This document shows positions 1 through 13,571 of a stretch of DNA of 64,000 nucleotides, in pieces. The notes beneath the pieces are model-generated. The model made no database searches and was not told the DNA's origin. It saw nothing but the letters and a program-made list of their open reading frames with translations. Within the stretch, counting starts at the first letter, position 1; the number at the start of each line of letters is the position of its first letter. This stretch comes from Eledone cirrhosa (taxonomy: Eukaryota): NCBI GenBank assembly GCA_964016885.1, contig OZ024745.1, forward strand, positions 40,486,001 through 40,550,000, written 5' to 3'. The position numbers and the translations under genes were made by a program.

Positions 1-296
1 TTACAACCATACGTAAGATGCTTGGTGGAGGTACCTACATAATTCTCATTAATCCTGGGGCTATTCTTATTGTAAATAGTGTTAGAGAGAGAAAGAGTGC
101 TGCTTTGTGGGTGATTTGTGGTGGGGTTGTATTGTGATTTTGTGTTATGTTGTATTTGTGTTGGTGATTTGGGAGGTTGTGTTTTCCAGGTTGAAGGATT
201 GGATTATTTGTCCTTTTAAAAAGTGCAGTCTTTATTAAATTATGTTGTGGTGGTGTGGTCATATTATTTTTAAATTTATAAATGTTGTAGTTGCTT

Positions 297-658
<362 letters not shown>

Positions 659-1086
659 TAATCCTTCGGGTGAGATTTAGATACGTGTCATCCGTAAATT
701 CGTTTTACTGCAAGTTCGTGAGCAAAGAACTGATCTCTTATTCTCAATATATAAAGGTTGTCCATTCTGCCAGATGAGTCAATCGTTGTTATTGAACAGC
801 ATGTTTTGCCATTAAAGAAGGATGGTGTACAATTCTACGTGCATGCGTACGTCGACAACAGTGTAAATATTTGAATATCACGGACAAAGTGACAAGTGTA
901 AAATTGTAACTGTTTAATGAGTAGCAGATATCATATATAAGTAACGTTTGTCAGCAAACACACTTAACATCTCCATAAAACAAAATATTATTTTGAAAAG
1001 CGTTGAGCCCTCTAGCTTCAGGCTGCTTAACTAAGACTCTACACCTAGGGTAAGGTGTTTGTGAAGTGTTTCTTACATTCTGCTTT

Positions 1087-1151
<65 letters not shown>

Positions 1152-1221
1152 ATGTGCATATGCATGCGGGTATGGGTGTGTGTGGGTGTGTGATTGATTG
1201 TTTGTGTAGAGTGCGTAGCTC

Positions 1222-1440
1222 GGAGGTCATTCCGGGTACAAGCTAATTGAGAGCTATCAGCTCCTATACTATGGGCATGTGGTTCGAATATCTCAGGAAT
1301 GAATGAGTCGCTTGTGAGATTGTAGGGGTAAATCGAACGGGCATGAGAGCCAGGTGCAAATCCCGAGCAAGATGCTTGTATAACATTGATCAGCTTGGCT
1401 TGATTCGCTCGAGGATCCAGCCTGACTGGTACGAAGCGTA

Positions 1441-1441
<1 letters not shown>
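1222..1441 (+). mobile_element. Decayed 3' fragment of an RTE-clade LINE
   Basis: Translates to ..QLLYYGHVVRIS.., resembling the RTE C-terminal L-x-Y/F-GHV-x-R motif; ends at an (AAT)n tract. Confidence 0.5.

Positions 1442-1490
<49 letters not shown>
1442..1490. repeat. (AAT)n microsatellite, 5' flank of Dong-like element 1
   Basis: Direct repeat count. Confidence 0.95.
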
Positions 1491-1491
<1 letters not shown>

Positions 1492-4002
1492 GAACCGCAT
1501 GTTCGACAACAACCAGAAGATGCTGTTTGGACACAGAACCGCATGTTCGACAACAACCAGAAGATGTTGTTTGGACAGCTTGAGGGGAAAGAAAGAGGCA
1601 ACGACTTGATCCCTGGGGCGGAGCAAACTAAAACATTCTGGAGAGGAATATGGGAGCAGGATGTTAGACACAATGCCCAGGCAGGGTGGATTGAGACAGT
1701 ACAGAGGGAGATCGGTGAGCAGGCACAGCAACAGACTGATTTGAGTATCACAGTTGAAACTCTTAAGGGGCAGGCCAAAAAACTAACCAACTGGAAATCA
1801 CCAGGCCCAGATGGTGTGCAGGGGTATTGGATTAAACATTTAACATCCCTCCACCCGAAGCTGACGGCCATGTTCAATGACTGCTTGGTGTCGGGTGAGG
1901 TGCCAGAGTGGTTGACAAAAGGTACCACAGTTCTGATAATGAAAGACCGAATCAAGGGTAATGATGTTACCAACTATAGACCTATCACATGTCTGTCCGT
2001 AATGTGGAAACTGTTGACGAGCATTGTGTCTGAGGAAATCTACCATCACCTCCACACAAACAACTTGTTACCGGACGAACAGAAAGGATGCCGAAAGAAG
2101 TCACGTGGTACAAAGGACCAGTTACTTATTGATAAGATGGTAATGGGGAATTGCAGGAGGAGACACACTGATCTTGCCATGGGATGGATAGACTACAGAA
2201 AGGCATTTGACATGGTGCCTCATTCTTGGATCACAAAAGCCTGGAGATCTTCAGGGTGGCAGATAACATCAGACAGTTGCTGGGCAGGAGTATGGGGTCC
2301 TGGGAGACAGAGATGACATCAACTGGAGTATCCTTGGGAAGCGTGAAGATCAAGAGATGTATCTTCCAGGGAGATAGCCTGTCCCCTCTGTTGTTTGTCC
2401 TTGCCCTGATGCCCTTGACCATTATGCTGCGAAAAGTGAGAGCAGGATACAAGTTGGGAAAGAGAGAGCTTACCATCAATCACCTCCTCTTCATGGACGA
2501 TCTTAAGCTCTTCGGGAAAAGTGAGAAGGAGTTGGATGTGCTTGTTGACACTGTCCGTATTTTCAGCAGTGATATATGTATGCAGTTTGGTATTAGTAAA
2601 TGTGGAGTCATTGTGATGAAGAGGGGTAGGTTTAGCAGAAGTAACGGGATCCAGATACCAACAGGTGAGATGATAGAGGAAATTGACTCTGAGGAAGGAT
2701 ACAAGTATTTGGGCGTTCTGGAGGCTGATGGCATAAAGAACAAAAAAATGAAGGAATTGTTAAGAACTGAATACATTCGGAGAGTAAGGAGCGTATTGAA
2801 GTCACATCTGAACAGCAGAAATGCCATAAGCGCAGTAAATTCCCGAGCTGTGTCTATTATTAGGTACAGTGCGGGAATTCTGAGATGGAATGTTGCTGAA
2901 CAAAAAGAAATGGATAGGAAGACTAGGAAGCTATTGACTATCTACAACATGTTCCACAAGGGGAGTGATGTCGATAGACTCTACCTAAGGAGATCTGAGG
3001 GTGGAAGAGGTCTTATCAGCATAGAGGACTGTGTTCAGATGGAGAAAAACAACCTAAACAAATACGTGACCTATAGTAAGGAGCCAATGCTCAGAACTGT
3101 ACTGAAGGAGGGGACAGTAGGCCAGGGGATGTCCAAGGAGGAAATAACATCAAGGAGGAAGAGCAGCCTTAAGGGCAAATCCCTTCATAGTACCTTCTTT
3201 GAGAAAACTGAATTTAGAGATCCACAGACATGGAACTGGTTGAGAAGAGGAGACCTCAAAAAGGCTACAAAGGAATGCTAATGGCTGCGCAGGAGCAGGC
3301 CCTCAAAATGAAGTGGTTGAAGCACCATATTTACAAGGAGGAGGCTAGCCCACTATGCAGGATCTGTGGAGAGAGAGAGGAGACTGTGGCTCACATTGTG
3401 TCCGAGTGTAAACACCTAGCCCAGACCCACTATAAGGGCTGGAGACACGATGTGATGGGCAGGGTGATCCACTGGCACCTGTGCAAAGTAAACAATTTAC
3501 CACACTCTGAGAAATGGTATGAGCATAGGCCAGAGGCGGTGATGGAGAACAATCAGGTGAAGGTGATGTGGGATTTTAGGATACAGACGGACAAAAAACT
3601 GGAACACAATAGACCTGACCTGGTGGTTGTGGACAAAGAAAAAAGATCGTGCCTGATTGTGGATGTGGCCTGCCCTTTCGACACGAGAGTGCAAGAGAAG
3701 GAGAGGGAGAAAATTAACCGATACTAGGACCTACAGTGGGAGGTGAAAAGGATTTGGAACTGCCATGAAGTCAAAGTGATCCCGATTGTCATAGGCGCAC
3801 TGGGGACTATCTCCAAAAGTTTCCAGGGATGGTTAAAGAAAATCGGCCCCGTCACGCTTTTTGGAACGCTTCAAAAGGCATGCTTGCTTGGAACAGCAAG
3901 AACCCTCCGATACGTCCTGAATATCTGAGGCTGCAGGTAGTGGCTTGATATTCATTCCAACGGACTTTCCAGTTAACCAACATCAATGACTGAGATTCAA
4001 GG
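1491..4002 (+). mobile_element. 5'-truncated R4/Dong-like non-LTR retrotransposon (RT + RLE), element 1
   Basis: RT motifs NYRPITCL, WIDYRKAFD, FQGDSLSP, FMDD, YKYLG; CCHC knuckle CRICGEREETVAHIVSEC; RLE motifs RHD, RPDLVVVD, DVACPFD; short 3'UTR; (AAT)n on both sides. Confidence 0.93.
1543..3928 (+). pseudogene. Disrupted RT-zinc knuckle-RLE ORF of Dong-like element 1
   Basis: Split over ORFs 1543-2316, 2226-3281, 3230-3727 and 3743-3928 by two frameshifts and a TAG at 3725-3727. Confidence 0.9.
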
Positions 4003-4011
4003 AATAACAAC

Positions 4012-4074
<63 letters not shown>
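4003..4074. repeat. (AAT)n microsatellite between Dong-like element 1 and the Tx1 fragment
   Basis: Direct repeat count. Confidence 0.95.
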
Positions 4075-4075
<1 letters not shown>

Positions 4076-4447
4076 TTTTCTTTATTAACCACAAGGGTTC
4101 ACATAAAGTAGACATTAAGGACAGTACAGGACAATACAGGACGGTACAAATGGGCATTTCTGCGTGTAAAAAAACAGAGGTCGAAATAAAATAACAAAGA
4201 AAAATTCCCCAATAGGGGGGAGACTTCCAAGGGACATTTGTGGAGAAAGCCCATTAAAAGACCACAGTGGCCCTGACCACCAGGGCAAGTGCCCTCCCCC
4301 AGTTTTCCACCTTTAATTTACAGACACATACTCAGAGAAGGCCCATTCATTCGGGCCATACTTGCTTCTCTCACCCATCTTTCAACAAAATGCTGGGAAG
4401 AGAGCACTTCCCTCTCTACCCTGATTTTCCTTTTCAAATGAAATTTG

Positions 4448-4448
<1 letters not shown>
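4075..4448 (-). mobile_element. 5'-truncated copy (~374 bp, 3' end) of the Tx1-clade element at 7647-13571
   Basis: Near-identical to 7647-8019; minus strand ends AATAAAGAAAAC then (ATT)n. Confidence 0.92.
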
Positions 4449-4539
<91 letters not shown>

Positions 4540-4583
4540 AAGAAGAAGAAGAAGAAGAAGAAGAAGAAGAAGAAGAAGAAGAA
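4449..4583. repeat. Compound (AAT)n(AAG)n microsatellite
   Basis: Direct repeat count. Confidence 0.95.
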
Positions 4584-7500
4584 ATGAATGAGAATGAACT
4601 TGCCAACTTTAAGGATGAAATTATGATCTAATGGATGAAAATGAAAGAATCTGACATGGGGCAACGAGACACCCTCCCTAAGATCCAGAACTCCAAACAG
4701 AACCAAAAGATAATACACAAGACTAACATAATTCTCAAAAACATTATCATCAAACAACAAACTAAACATTACTGATTTAAATCATCTCTATTATGCATCG
4801 GCTAAAGTCACCACTCACTTATGTGGAGTGCAGATGAAAAAACAAAGGAATTCCCACAAGAAATCTAATTGGCAAGAGAACATCAATCGCCAAATAAACC
4901 TTCTCCGATCTGACATAGAAATTTTAACAAACTATAAAGTAGGTGAACATGTTAAACAAACTAAACTTAGAAAATTGAAAAAAAAGTACAGTATAAAATC
5001 AACAAGTGTCATAGACATGCTGATAGAAATAATCAAGCAAAAAAGTGTCGGCCAAAGCTGCTCGTATAAGGCGCTTTAAAAAACGATCTAGATTCTATAC
5101 GGACAATAATATATTCAAAAACAACCAAAGAAACTTCTACAGAAAAATTGGTAAGTCAACAATAACTGCTAAATCAATACCACCCAAGGAGGAAGTGCAA
5201 GAATTCTGGGAATAGATCTGGGCCGAAGAAAAAGTTCATAACATACATGCCCCATGGATAGACAGACAAATGAAAGATTCAGCTCACCTTGAGGAACAAA
5301 TATGGGAAAATATAACAGTTGAACAGTTGCGCTTGGCTCTAAGAAAAACCAGCAAATGGAAATCCCCAGGAAAAGACAAAATACAAAACTTTTGGATAAA
5401 TGCCTTCACAGAGTCTCATGAGCTGTTAGCCCAACTTTACAATGAAATAGTTAAGGAGCCAGAAAAGATACCATCATGGCTAGTTAACGGCATTACATTC
5501 CTGCTTCCGAAGAATGATGAGACAAACAATCCCAAACATTACAGACCGATAACTTGCTTGACCACAATGTATAAAATTTTAACATCAGTCCTAACTGAAT
5601 ACACATATGACCACCTGATAACAAATGACCTATTTCCCATTGAGCAGAAAGGGTGTAAACAAGGCTCATATGGCTGTAAGGATCAGCTTCTGGTTAACAA
5701 AATGATACTGGAAGATTGTCATAATAGACACAAAAATCTATCGATTGCTTGGATAGATTATAAAAAAGCATTCGATAGTTTGCCACACAGTTGGATTGAA
5801 AAATGTTTAGAGATTTTCAAAATATCCCCCGTTGTCAGGAGGATTTTGTCATTCAGTATGAAGACATGGAAAACGACACTCCTTTTGAATAGTGAAACAA
5901 AATCACTGGAAGCTGGAGAAGTTAATATTAATTGTGGAATTTTTCAGGGTGACTCTTTATCACCGCTTTTATTCTGCATCGCACTTATACCATTAAGTAA
6001 AATGCTCAATGAAACAAAACATGGATATAAAGTCTATGACAAAACCATTAATCACCTGTTCTACATGGATGACCTGAAACTATTTGCAAAAAATGATGAA
6101 CAATTGCAAGGGCTATTATCAACTGTGGAGCAGTTCAGTGATGACATTAAAATGGAGTTTGGACTAGGTAAATGCGCCAAAGCAACGTTCACCAGAGGAA
6201 AGCTGCTGAAGAGTTCAGACATTAATCTTGATCGGGGGAACGTGATAAGAGAACTTGATCAAGAAAAAACTTACAAATATCTAGGTGTTTGTGAAGGAGA
6301 CGGAATCAAGCACTCGACAATGAGGGAAAGGATAAGGAAGGAATGTTACCGCAGAGTAAGAGCAATCTTAATAACGGAATTGAATGCAAGGAATAGGATC
6401 GATGCCATAAACACGCTTGCCATACCAGGGAAATCCAGTGGGTTAATCCAGTTAGACATTGAGTTGAAAACTGCGACAATTGGATTATCTACATATCTAA
6501 GGGAATCACATGATTGGATGATCAAACTCGTTTTGAAACACGAGAGCATCAAAAGATCATATTCCATTACAAAAGATGCACAAAGATACAGTAATGGACT
6601 ACAAATTTCAGAAGTCCCATTTACTGCTGAAATGGAAAACACAGAAAAAGCAAAGCAGGTAAAAGTAACTGCAAAGAAAGAACTGCTACAGAAACTGGCT
6701 AAGAAATGGCAAGAAAAGCCTCTGTATGGAAAATACCCAGAGCGAGCTAACAATCCTGATGTTGACAAAACTTTAACCCATCAGTGGTTGGCATCCTCTG
6801 GACTGAAATCGGAGACTGAAGGACTGATTATATCGGCACAAGATCAGTGTCTGCCAACAAAAAATTACCAAGCCAACATAATAAAAAATGGATGCAGCCC
6901 ATTATGCCGTGTATGCAAAAAACAACCAGAGACCATTGACCATATAATTTCAATGTGCAGTCCTATAGCTCCAACCGAATACCTAAACAGGCATGACAGA
7001 GCTGCACAATACATACATTGGATAATGTGTAAGCATTTTGACCTGCCCCATCAAAAGAATAGGTGGGAGCATCAACCACCTCCCATACTTGAAAAAGATC
7101 ACATCTCAATCTTGTGGAACTTTAGCATCCAAACAGACTGAAAAATAGATGCAAATAGACCTGATATAATATTGAAGGACTTTAAAAAGAGGGTATCCGT
7201 TCCAATAGACAAGAATGTATCTATAAAAACATTTGAAAAATTGAGCAAGTATAAGGACCTGGAGATAGAAATTGGAAAAATGTGGAAATTGAGAACTAAA
7301 ACAATACCAGTGGTTGTAGGCGCTCTGGGAATGATACCTAAGGGGGCTAATGATTACTTATCGCAAATCCCAGGAAACCCGCGTATAGGAGAAATACAAA
7401 AGATAGTACTAATGGGAACTGCCCATATACTAAGGAAGATTCTGTCAATATAAGTACATCACAAGTTTAAACACTAAAGATGCATGTGTGTGTATGTATG

Positions 7501-7596
7501 TTCTTTCTTGAAAATGGCGGACCTTGTTGTCTCTTGAGGTCACTGGTTGTGACTTGGTGATAACTCGTATGAACATAAAGCAAGATAAATGCAACT

Positions 7597-7598
<2 letters not shown>
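4584..7598 (+). mobile_element. 5'-truncated R4/Dong-like retrotransposon, element 2 (different family from element 1)
   Basis: RT motifs HYRPITCL, WIDYKKAFD, FQGDSLSP, YMDD; CCHC CRVCKKQPETIDHIISMC; RHD; C-terminus KIVLMGTAHILRKILSI; 3'UTR then (AAT)n. Confidence 0.93.
4828..7453 (+). pseudogene. Disrupted RT-RLE ORF of Dong-like element 2
   Basis: ORFs 4828-5079, 5270-7141 (623 aa) and 7172-7453; apparent internal deletion near 6430 (LAIP joined to GKSSGL) relative to element 1. Confidence 0.88.

Positions 7599-7646
<48 letters not shown>
7599..7646. repeat. (AAT)n microsatellite between Dong-like element 2 and Tx1
   Basis: Direct repeat count. Confidence 0.95.
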
Positions 7647-7647
<1 letters not shown>

Positions 7648-7888
7648 TTTTCTTTATTAACCACAAGGGTTTACATAAAGTAGACATTAAGGACAGTACA
7701 GGACAATACAGGACGGTACAAATGGGCATTTCTGCGTGTAAAAAACAGAGGATGAAATAAAATAACAAAGAAAAATTCCCCAATAGGGGGGAGACTTCCA
7801 AGGGACATTTGTGGAGAAAGCCCATTAAAAGACCACAGTGGCCCTGACCACCAGGGCAAGTGCCCTCTCCCAGTTTTCCACCTTTAAT

Positions 7889-10800
7889 TTACAGACACAT
7901 ACTCAGAGAAGGCCCATTCATTCGGGCCATACTTGCTTCTCTCACCCATCTTTCAATAAAATGCTGGGAAGAGAGCACTTCCCTCTCTACCCTGATTTTC
8001 CTTTTCAAATGAAATTTGAAGAATTTAATCAGGACATCACCGAAGAGGTAAGTGCTCGTCTTCAGCCCTTTCAAACGTGTCCACCATACTATCTCTTTCG
8101 CCATGGCCACCATACTATCTCTTTCGCCATGGCCACCAGACAGATAAAAACTGCCTGCCCTTCCCGGCTAAAGGAAGAGGGCGGGGCATTCCTCACGATG
8201 GAGTCAGCTGATAGCTGGATCCGTCCTACACGTGACAGCAGGTGTTCGACATAAACCCACAAGTCAGCAATGCTCGGACACTGGACGAGTGCGTGCAGGA
8301 CGGTTTCGTCGCCCTGTGCGCATCTCGGACATGCCCGGCTGACGGCACCTCCATGCCTGTAAAGTTTATCCCGAACTGGCAAATCACCCCGGTAGCACTG
8401 CCAGGCCAGGGATTTCTGGAAGATGTCCATAGGCCCCGGCCCGAAAGTCCTTCCGAAGAGATTGGCTAGTTGATTTTCGTCGACGCCTAGAGTCTCTCCA
8501 AGTACGTCGTCACTCTTCCCCTCCACTAATCCCCTATAGAACGCCAAGGTGGAGTTTCCAGCGATCACATTGCCCGATTGGTCGAGGGCTGTGAGCGCCT
8601 GAAGACATTCCAGTCTCCAAGCGCTCCCTCTTGGTCTTCGCTTGACCCAGGACTGCAGCTCCGTCAAGGAGACGAGCTGGGGAAAAACGCGTCTAGCAAA
8701 CGGCGACCACACCTGATCACCGTCGAGGAAGAGGTGGAGATGTCGTAGCCTGAGCGTGTGTCTGCGCATCATCAGCCACGGCATGCCCAGCCCTCCACGT
8801 AGCGGGTGTTGACAGCAGATGGACCGCCTGACCATCGGAGCGCGTCCCTTCCACAAGAAGCGAAAGAGCAAACGCTCCAGCGCAGTCGGGCGGGGCTTAG
8901 GACAAGGTACGACGGTCAGGCGGTAGTAGATGACCGACGCGATGTACGCGTTAGCCACCTCTGCCCGACCTTTCAGGGATAGCTTCCTCTCAGCCCATTT
9001 CTGGGTGAGAGGAGCCACCCTGCTCGTCACCTCGTCCCAGTTTTTGTCCGTCTGGAGGTCTGGACCGAACCAGACCCCTAGCAATTTAACCGGTCAGTCC
9101 GTCCAGCGCCCGACGACGCTGTTGGATGGCATGGACCTGCCTCTCCAGTTGCCGAGCTGCAGGCCCACTGACTTTTCCTGGTTGATAATTGCTCCTGTCA
9201 CCGCTTCGTATTCTCTTAGTGTAGTGCCGATCGCCTCGATGTGTTTGGCGTTCGACACCACTACGGTGACATCGTCGGCATATGCTGACACGGATCTTCC
9301 GCATCCTAGTTCGCGCGGGACCCCCCTCAACGTCTCCAGTTTGTGCAGTAATGGCTCGAGAGTCAATTCGTACAATAGGGACGAGAGGGGACATCTTTGG
9401 CGGACCGAGCGCATGATGTTGAACGGTTCCGAAAGGTGACCGTTCACTCTCACTACAGAGCAGATGTCGCTGTGCATGGCAGCGATCCAGCCTCTGAAGA
9501 CGGGCCCAAAGCCAGCCGCCCTCAGGACTGCCGCTAGGTAACGATGGTCGACCCTAACGAAGGCTTTCGACTGATCTAAATTGATCAAAGACTCACCCGT
9601 GCCAGCTTCCCTAGCTACCCTCTCTACGATGTATCGCATGAGGTGGAGGTTGTCGTGGATGGATCTGTCTGGAATGGTGCATGTCTGCGCCTCTCCCACC
9701 AGACCACCAACGACAAGCGCCAACCTCTTTGCTAGCACCTTGGGCAAAATCTTGAACTCTGTGTTTAGCAGAGATATGGGCCTAAAATTATCTATGTTAT
9801 CCCCCTTGTTCGGATCCTTTCTCAGCAGCGCCACCGCTCCTCGGCTCACAGAGCTGGGAATTCTCCCGTTCTGTTGCCAGTTGCAGTAGACGTCCACCAA
9901 GAGGCCTCCGAACAAGTCTGGCATTTGTACGTAAAGTTCATAGGGCAGACCATCCAAACCAGGCGATTTACCCCTTGTGCAACTAGTCATTGCATCCCGT
10001 ACTTCAGCGGTTGTTATCGGCTTTTCGCAACACTCCGCCTCAGTGGCCGAAAGCCGCGGCAGTCCGTCGAGGTAGACACTAAAGTCTATCCCTCGATTCG
10101 GTAGGGCCACTGCCCCCGAACAGTTGAGCGAAGCGTTGCTGAAAAGCTTCACACATTTGCCCGGGATCGAGTAGCATGCGCCCGTCGTGGTCCACCAAAG
10201 ACCGGATCGTGGCTTTGTTGCCACGACGCGCCTCCGCCACTCGGGCCCATTGAACTGCTTTCGTGCCCTCGTGTCTGAGAGCACGCACCCTAGCTCTGAC
10301 AACGCAGCCTTCGTGCTTTGCATTGAAGTATTGGTCAAGGGCCAATTTCGCCGCAAGTACGTCGGTCGCGATGCCTTTGCTAAGCGCCTCATCTAATTTT
10401 CTAACTAGTTCTCCCTCTGCTCTATTTTTCTCTATTGCTAAAGTCTTACTAAACCTAATGGACTCTATTCTAATTGCTCTTTTCAGAGCAAACCACCACT
10501 TGTTGTTGACGATGGCCCCCGTCAACGCCCGCTTAACTAGTTCGCTAATCCGGTCTCTGTAGGCCTTGCGCGCTGGCAAGGACGCATTTAGCTTCCAGTA
10601 GCCGGGTCCTCGCCTATGAAGCCTATCTAAGTCAAGCACACAGATCACGTATTGGTGGTCCGTGTAGCTGACTATCTTGAATTGTGGACAGCCTATGCTA
10701 GACCTATCTATTTCCCTACAAAATACTCTATCTAGATATGATCTGGATGACCTCATGCGATTTGTCCAAGTCCACATTGGTACATTCGGGAAATCCATTC

Positions 10801-11335
10801 GGTACCTGTCAGACAGTTCAAAACGTCTGAGCAGGTTGGTGAGACTCTTGCACCCTCCTTCGCTATCCAGTAATCCCACACAATCCCAGCGTGCATCTAA
10901 GATCCCTTTCCAGTCGCCCACTAACACTAAAGAGCGGGACGTTCCAAGAAAGGTCTCCAGACGCCGGAAGAAATCAGGCCGCCCTGCTCCTGTCGGGGCA
11001 TAGACGGCCACTGACTTGAAAGCTTGCCCGTCTCCGCTGGTCACGTCCAGCACCACCAACTTACCTTCTGGGTCCAGGAAGATGGCCCGTATGGCAAGAT
11101 CCAAACCTCTTCGAAAAAGCACAGAAACTCCTCCCCCCGATCCCGGACGGCTGGGAGATGCGTACACATCGTAGCCGCCGAAGATCGGTGCGAAAGCCTG
11201 TGCTTCGGAGATTCTGGTCTCGCTGATGGCCACTACATCTATGTTTAGTGACCTGAGGTCGTTGAGCAGGTGGCCCTGCTTCCATGACGACCCCAAGCCA
11301 CGCGCATTTATGCTGCCTATTCTGAGTGAGGTCAT
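7889..11335 (-). pseudogene. Tx1 ORF2 (APE endonuclease + RT + C-terminal CCHC), frameshifted
   Basis: MTSLRIGSINARGL, ISETR, VGDW, SYLDRVF, YTDH (APE); KSPGLDG, NFRPISLLN, DQSKAF, YADD (RT); CPRC..ETVLHALVQC; split over four ORFs. Confidence 0.92.
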
Positions 11336-11369
11336 GTTGGAAAGGAGTGGAAAAGATGGGAAAGACCAC

Positions 11370-13071
11370 TTACCTTACTTCTCGTAGGGGAAGGACGGTT
11401 TTTCCATCCTTTTCACTGCTTGTGGCCTCCTCAGGAAGGATGTCCTTATAAATCCTCCTGGAGAGTGCTTGTCGGAAGTCTCCGATGTCTTTGGGGAATT
11501 TTTGTTTTAGTGTCATGTACGTTTTCTGCGTGATGCGAGTGATTTGTATGTGTGGAGGTGGTGTGAATTTTGGGGTTGTTTTTCTGTGATGCTGGTGTTG
11601 TGTTGGATGTAGTGTAATAATTGCTTGTTGTTCAAATTTAATGCTGTGTAGTGTGTATCGTTTTGGTTGTTTTGTTTTGTTTGCGTTTGTTGTGGGTTTG
11701 TTTCTGTTTCGCATTTTGGTGACTTTTGTGGTGTAGGTGATGGTGGTGTTGGAGTTAATAATGGTGATGGTGTTGGTGTTTGGGTTGATGGGGTTGGTGA
11801 TGCTGGTGTGGATGGTGGCATATCTGTCCTAACTTTTTTGTTTCTTAGTTTATTTGTTTCCCTCTGTATTTTGTTTTTGGAGGGGGAAGGAAGAGAATTT
11901 TTTCTTTTTTGGTTTCTTTTTTTTTTTCCGGATATCGTTTCCCACTCCTCGTCGTCACAATCTGTCTCCAGTTGTGATAGGCCGGGGAGTGGAAAATCCT
12001 CCACAGGCGTTAGTTTTGATTGTGGCGTGGTGGATGGTGTAGGCGCTGGTGCTAGTTCTGAAGCGTTGGGTGGTGGTGGTGTTGGTTTTGCTGGTGGTGG
12101 TAGTGGTGTTGGTTTTGCTACTGTTGCTGGGGTTGTTGCTGTTATAGTTGCTTCTGTTGTTGCTGCTACAGTTGTTGCTGCCATCTCTGCTACTGGTGGT
12201 GTTGATGTTTGTGTCACTGGGGTGGGTAGGAGAGGTGGCCTCAACCTTTTAGCCTGAGGGCAGAAAGCCCTTAGGTGGGTTCCTTCACCACAAACGACAC
12301 ACCTAGGTCTTCTGCCCTCGACAATTACAGTGAGGTGGCTGCCGTCAGTGAGGTCTATTACCTCTGGGATCTCCTCAATGCTTTTTTGGTCTGCTTGGAT
12401 CAGGAGCTCCATCCCAGATCCGGACCAGTTCTCCTGCTTTTCTTTTGCTATTGCTATTATTTTTGTGTTGGCTTCGATGCCGGCGAGGACGGCCGCTATT
12501 AGCCAGGGAATTTCGATGGCCGGTGGAACTTGGGTCACCCTGATCTTTACGAGTCTCTGGCCACAATAGCTTGGGACGAGTGTGAAGTCGTCACTTCTTA
12601 ATGTGGCCATGGAATGTTCTCTAGCCTCCTCTAGTGTTTCAAAGAACACGTCCACGGTTCCATACTTCTGCCCATGTCTGATGTGGGTTTTTCTTGCCCA
12701 AACATGTCCCAAAGCTTTTTGGATTTGGGACTCGGATGCCCGTTCCACTCGTTGCGATTTTACATTTATCGTTCGATACCACACGGTGCATAGGCGCCGA
12801 TGCTCCATTTTATTAGGTGAGGGTGGGGGGTGAGGCTGACCCTGTACCCATCTTTCTTTACCATTTGTTTGGCATTTTCTAAATCCTCCTGAGTTACCGT
12901 AAATGCTTCGAACTGTTTTGCTACTATTGCAAAACTGAGGGTCGTTTTTATAATGTCATTGTTGTTGTTGTTGCTATCGTTATTTGTGTTAATATTAATT
13001 TTAGTTTCAGTTGTGGTGGTGGTGACGTCAGTCGTCTTTGGTGGGGAAGAGTCCATTTTGCTTGATTTCAT
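11370..13071 (-). pseudogene. Tx1 ORF1 (gag-like, CCHC zinc knuckle, Pro/Thr-rich tail), frameshifted
   Basis: ORFs 12766-13071, 11513-12808 and 11370-11714; CVVCGEGTHLRAFC; basic KKKRNQKRK segment. Confidence 0.85.
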
Positions 13072-13571
13072 TTCGACATCACGAGTTAATTAATTTTTTT
13101 CTTCTTTTGTTTCTGTTGACGCGTTGGTGGTGGTGGGGGTGGTGGTTGCCGCGGTGGTGGTGGGTGGTGGAGGCTTTAACACCTGCAGTCATTGGTAATG
13201 GCGGAAAATGAATGTCTGCCTGAGACAAATTTAAAATATTGCTAGTGCTTATATTTTTTTTAGTGTTGGCAAACGTAGTAACATTTAAAATGGTGGTGTC
13301 GGTGTGAGGTGTTAATTTGTGAGGAAGGCTTTCAGCTGCTTGGTGCAGAGGTGAATTAGCCATTTTTTTCAAAGAAATTTTTTGATAATAATAAAGGTTT
13401 AAATTTTGGGCACAAGGCCCCAATCTTTTTGGGTGTCCTTTTCGGAAAACAATGTATGTGCGCTTATATATGGTTAACAATAAAAATTTTCCATAAATGG
13501 CAATTTTTAACAAACGGAAATAACAAACCTTTGCGGAGCTCACGATGATACGATTTACTACGTAGGTCGCC

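Larger units (their letters stand above)
7647..13571 (-). mobile_element. Apparently full-length Tx1-clade (L1 group) non-LTR retrotransposon
   Basis: About 500-bp 5'UTR, ORF1 with CCHC knuckle, ORF2 with APE-RT-CCHC, 3'UTR with AATAAA; (AAT)n at both ends; high GC against the AT-rich background. Confidence 0.93.

Noticed and set aside
760-1030. Hammerhead-like traces (CAGATGA-gtcaat/attga on +, CTGAAGC on -)
   Set aside because: Core motifs broken and no GAAA in register; cannot be supported.
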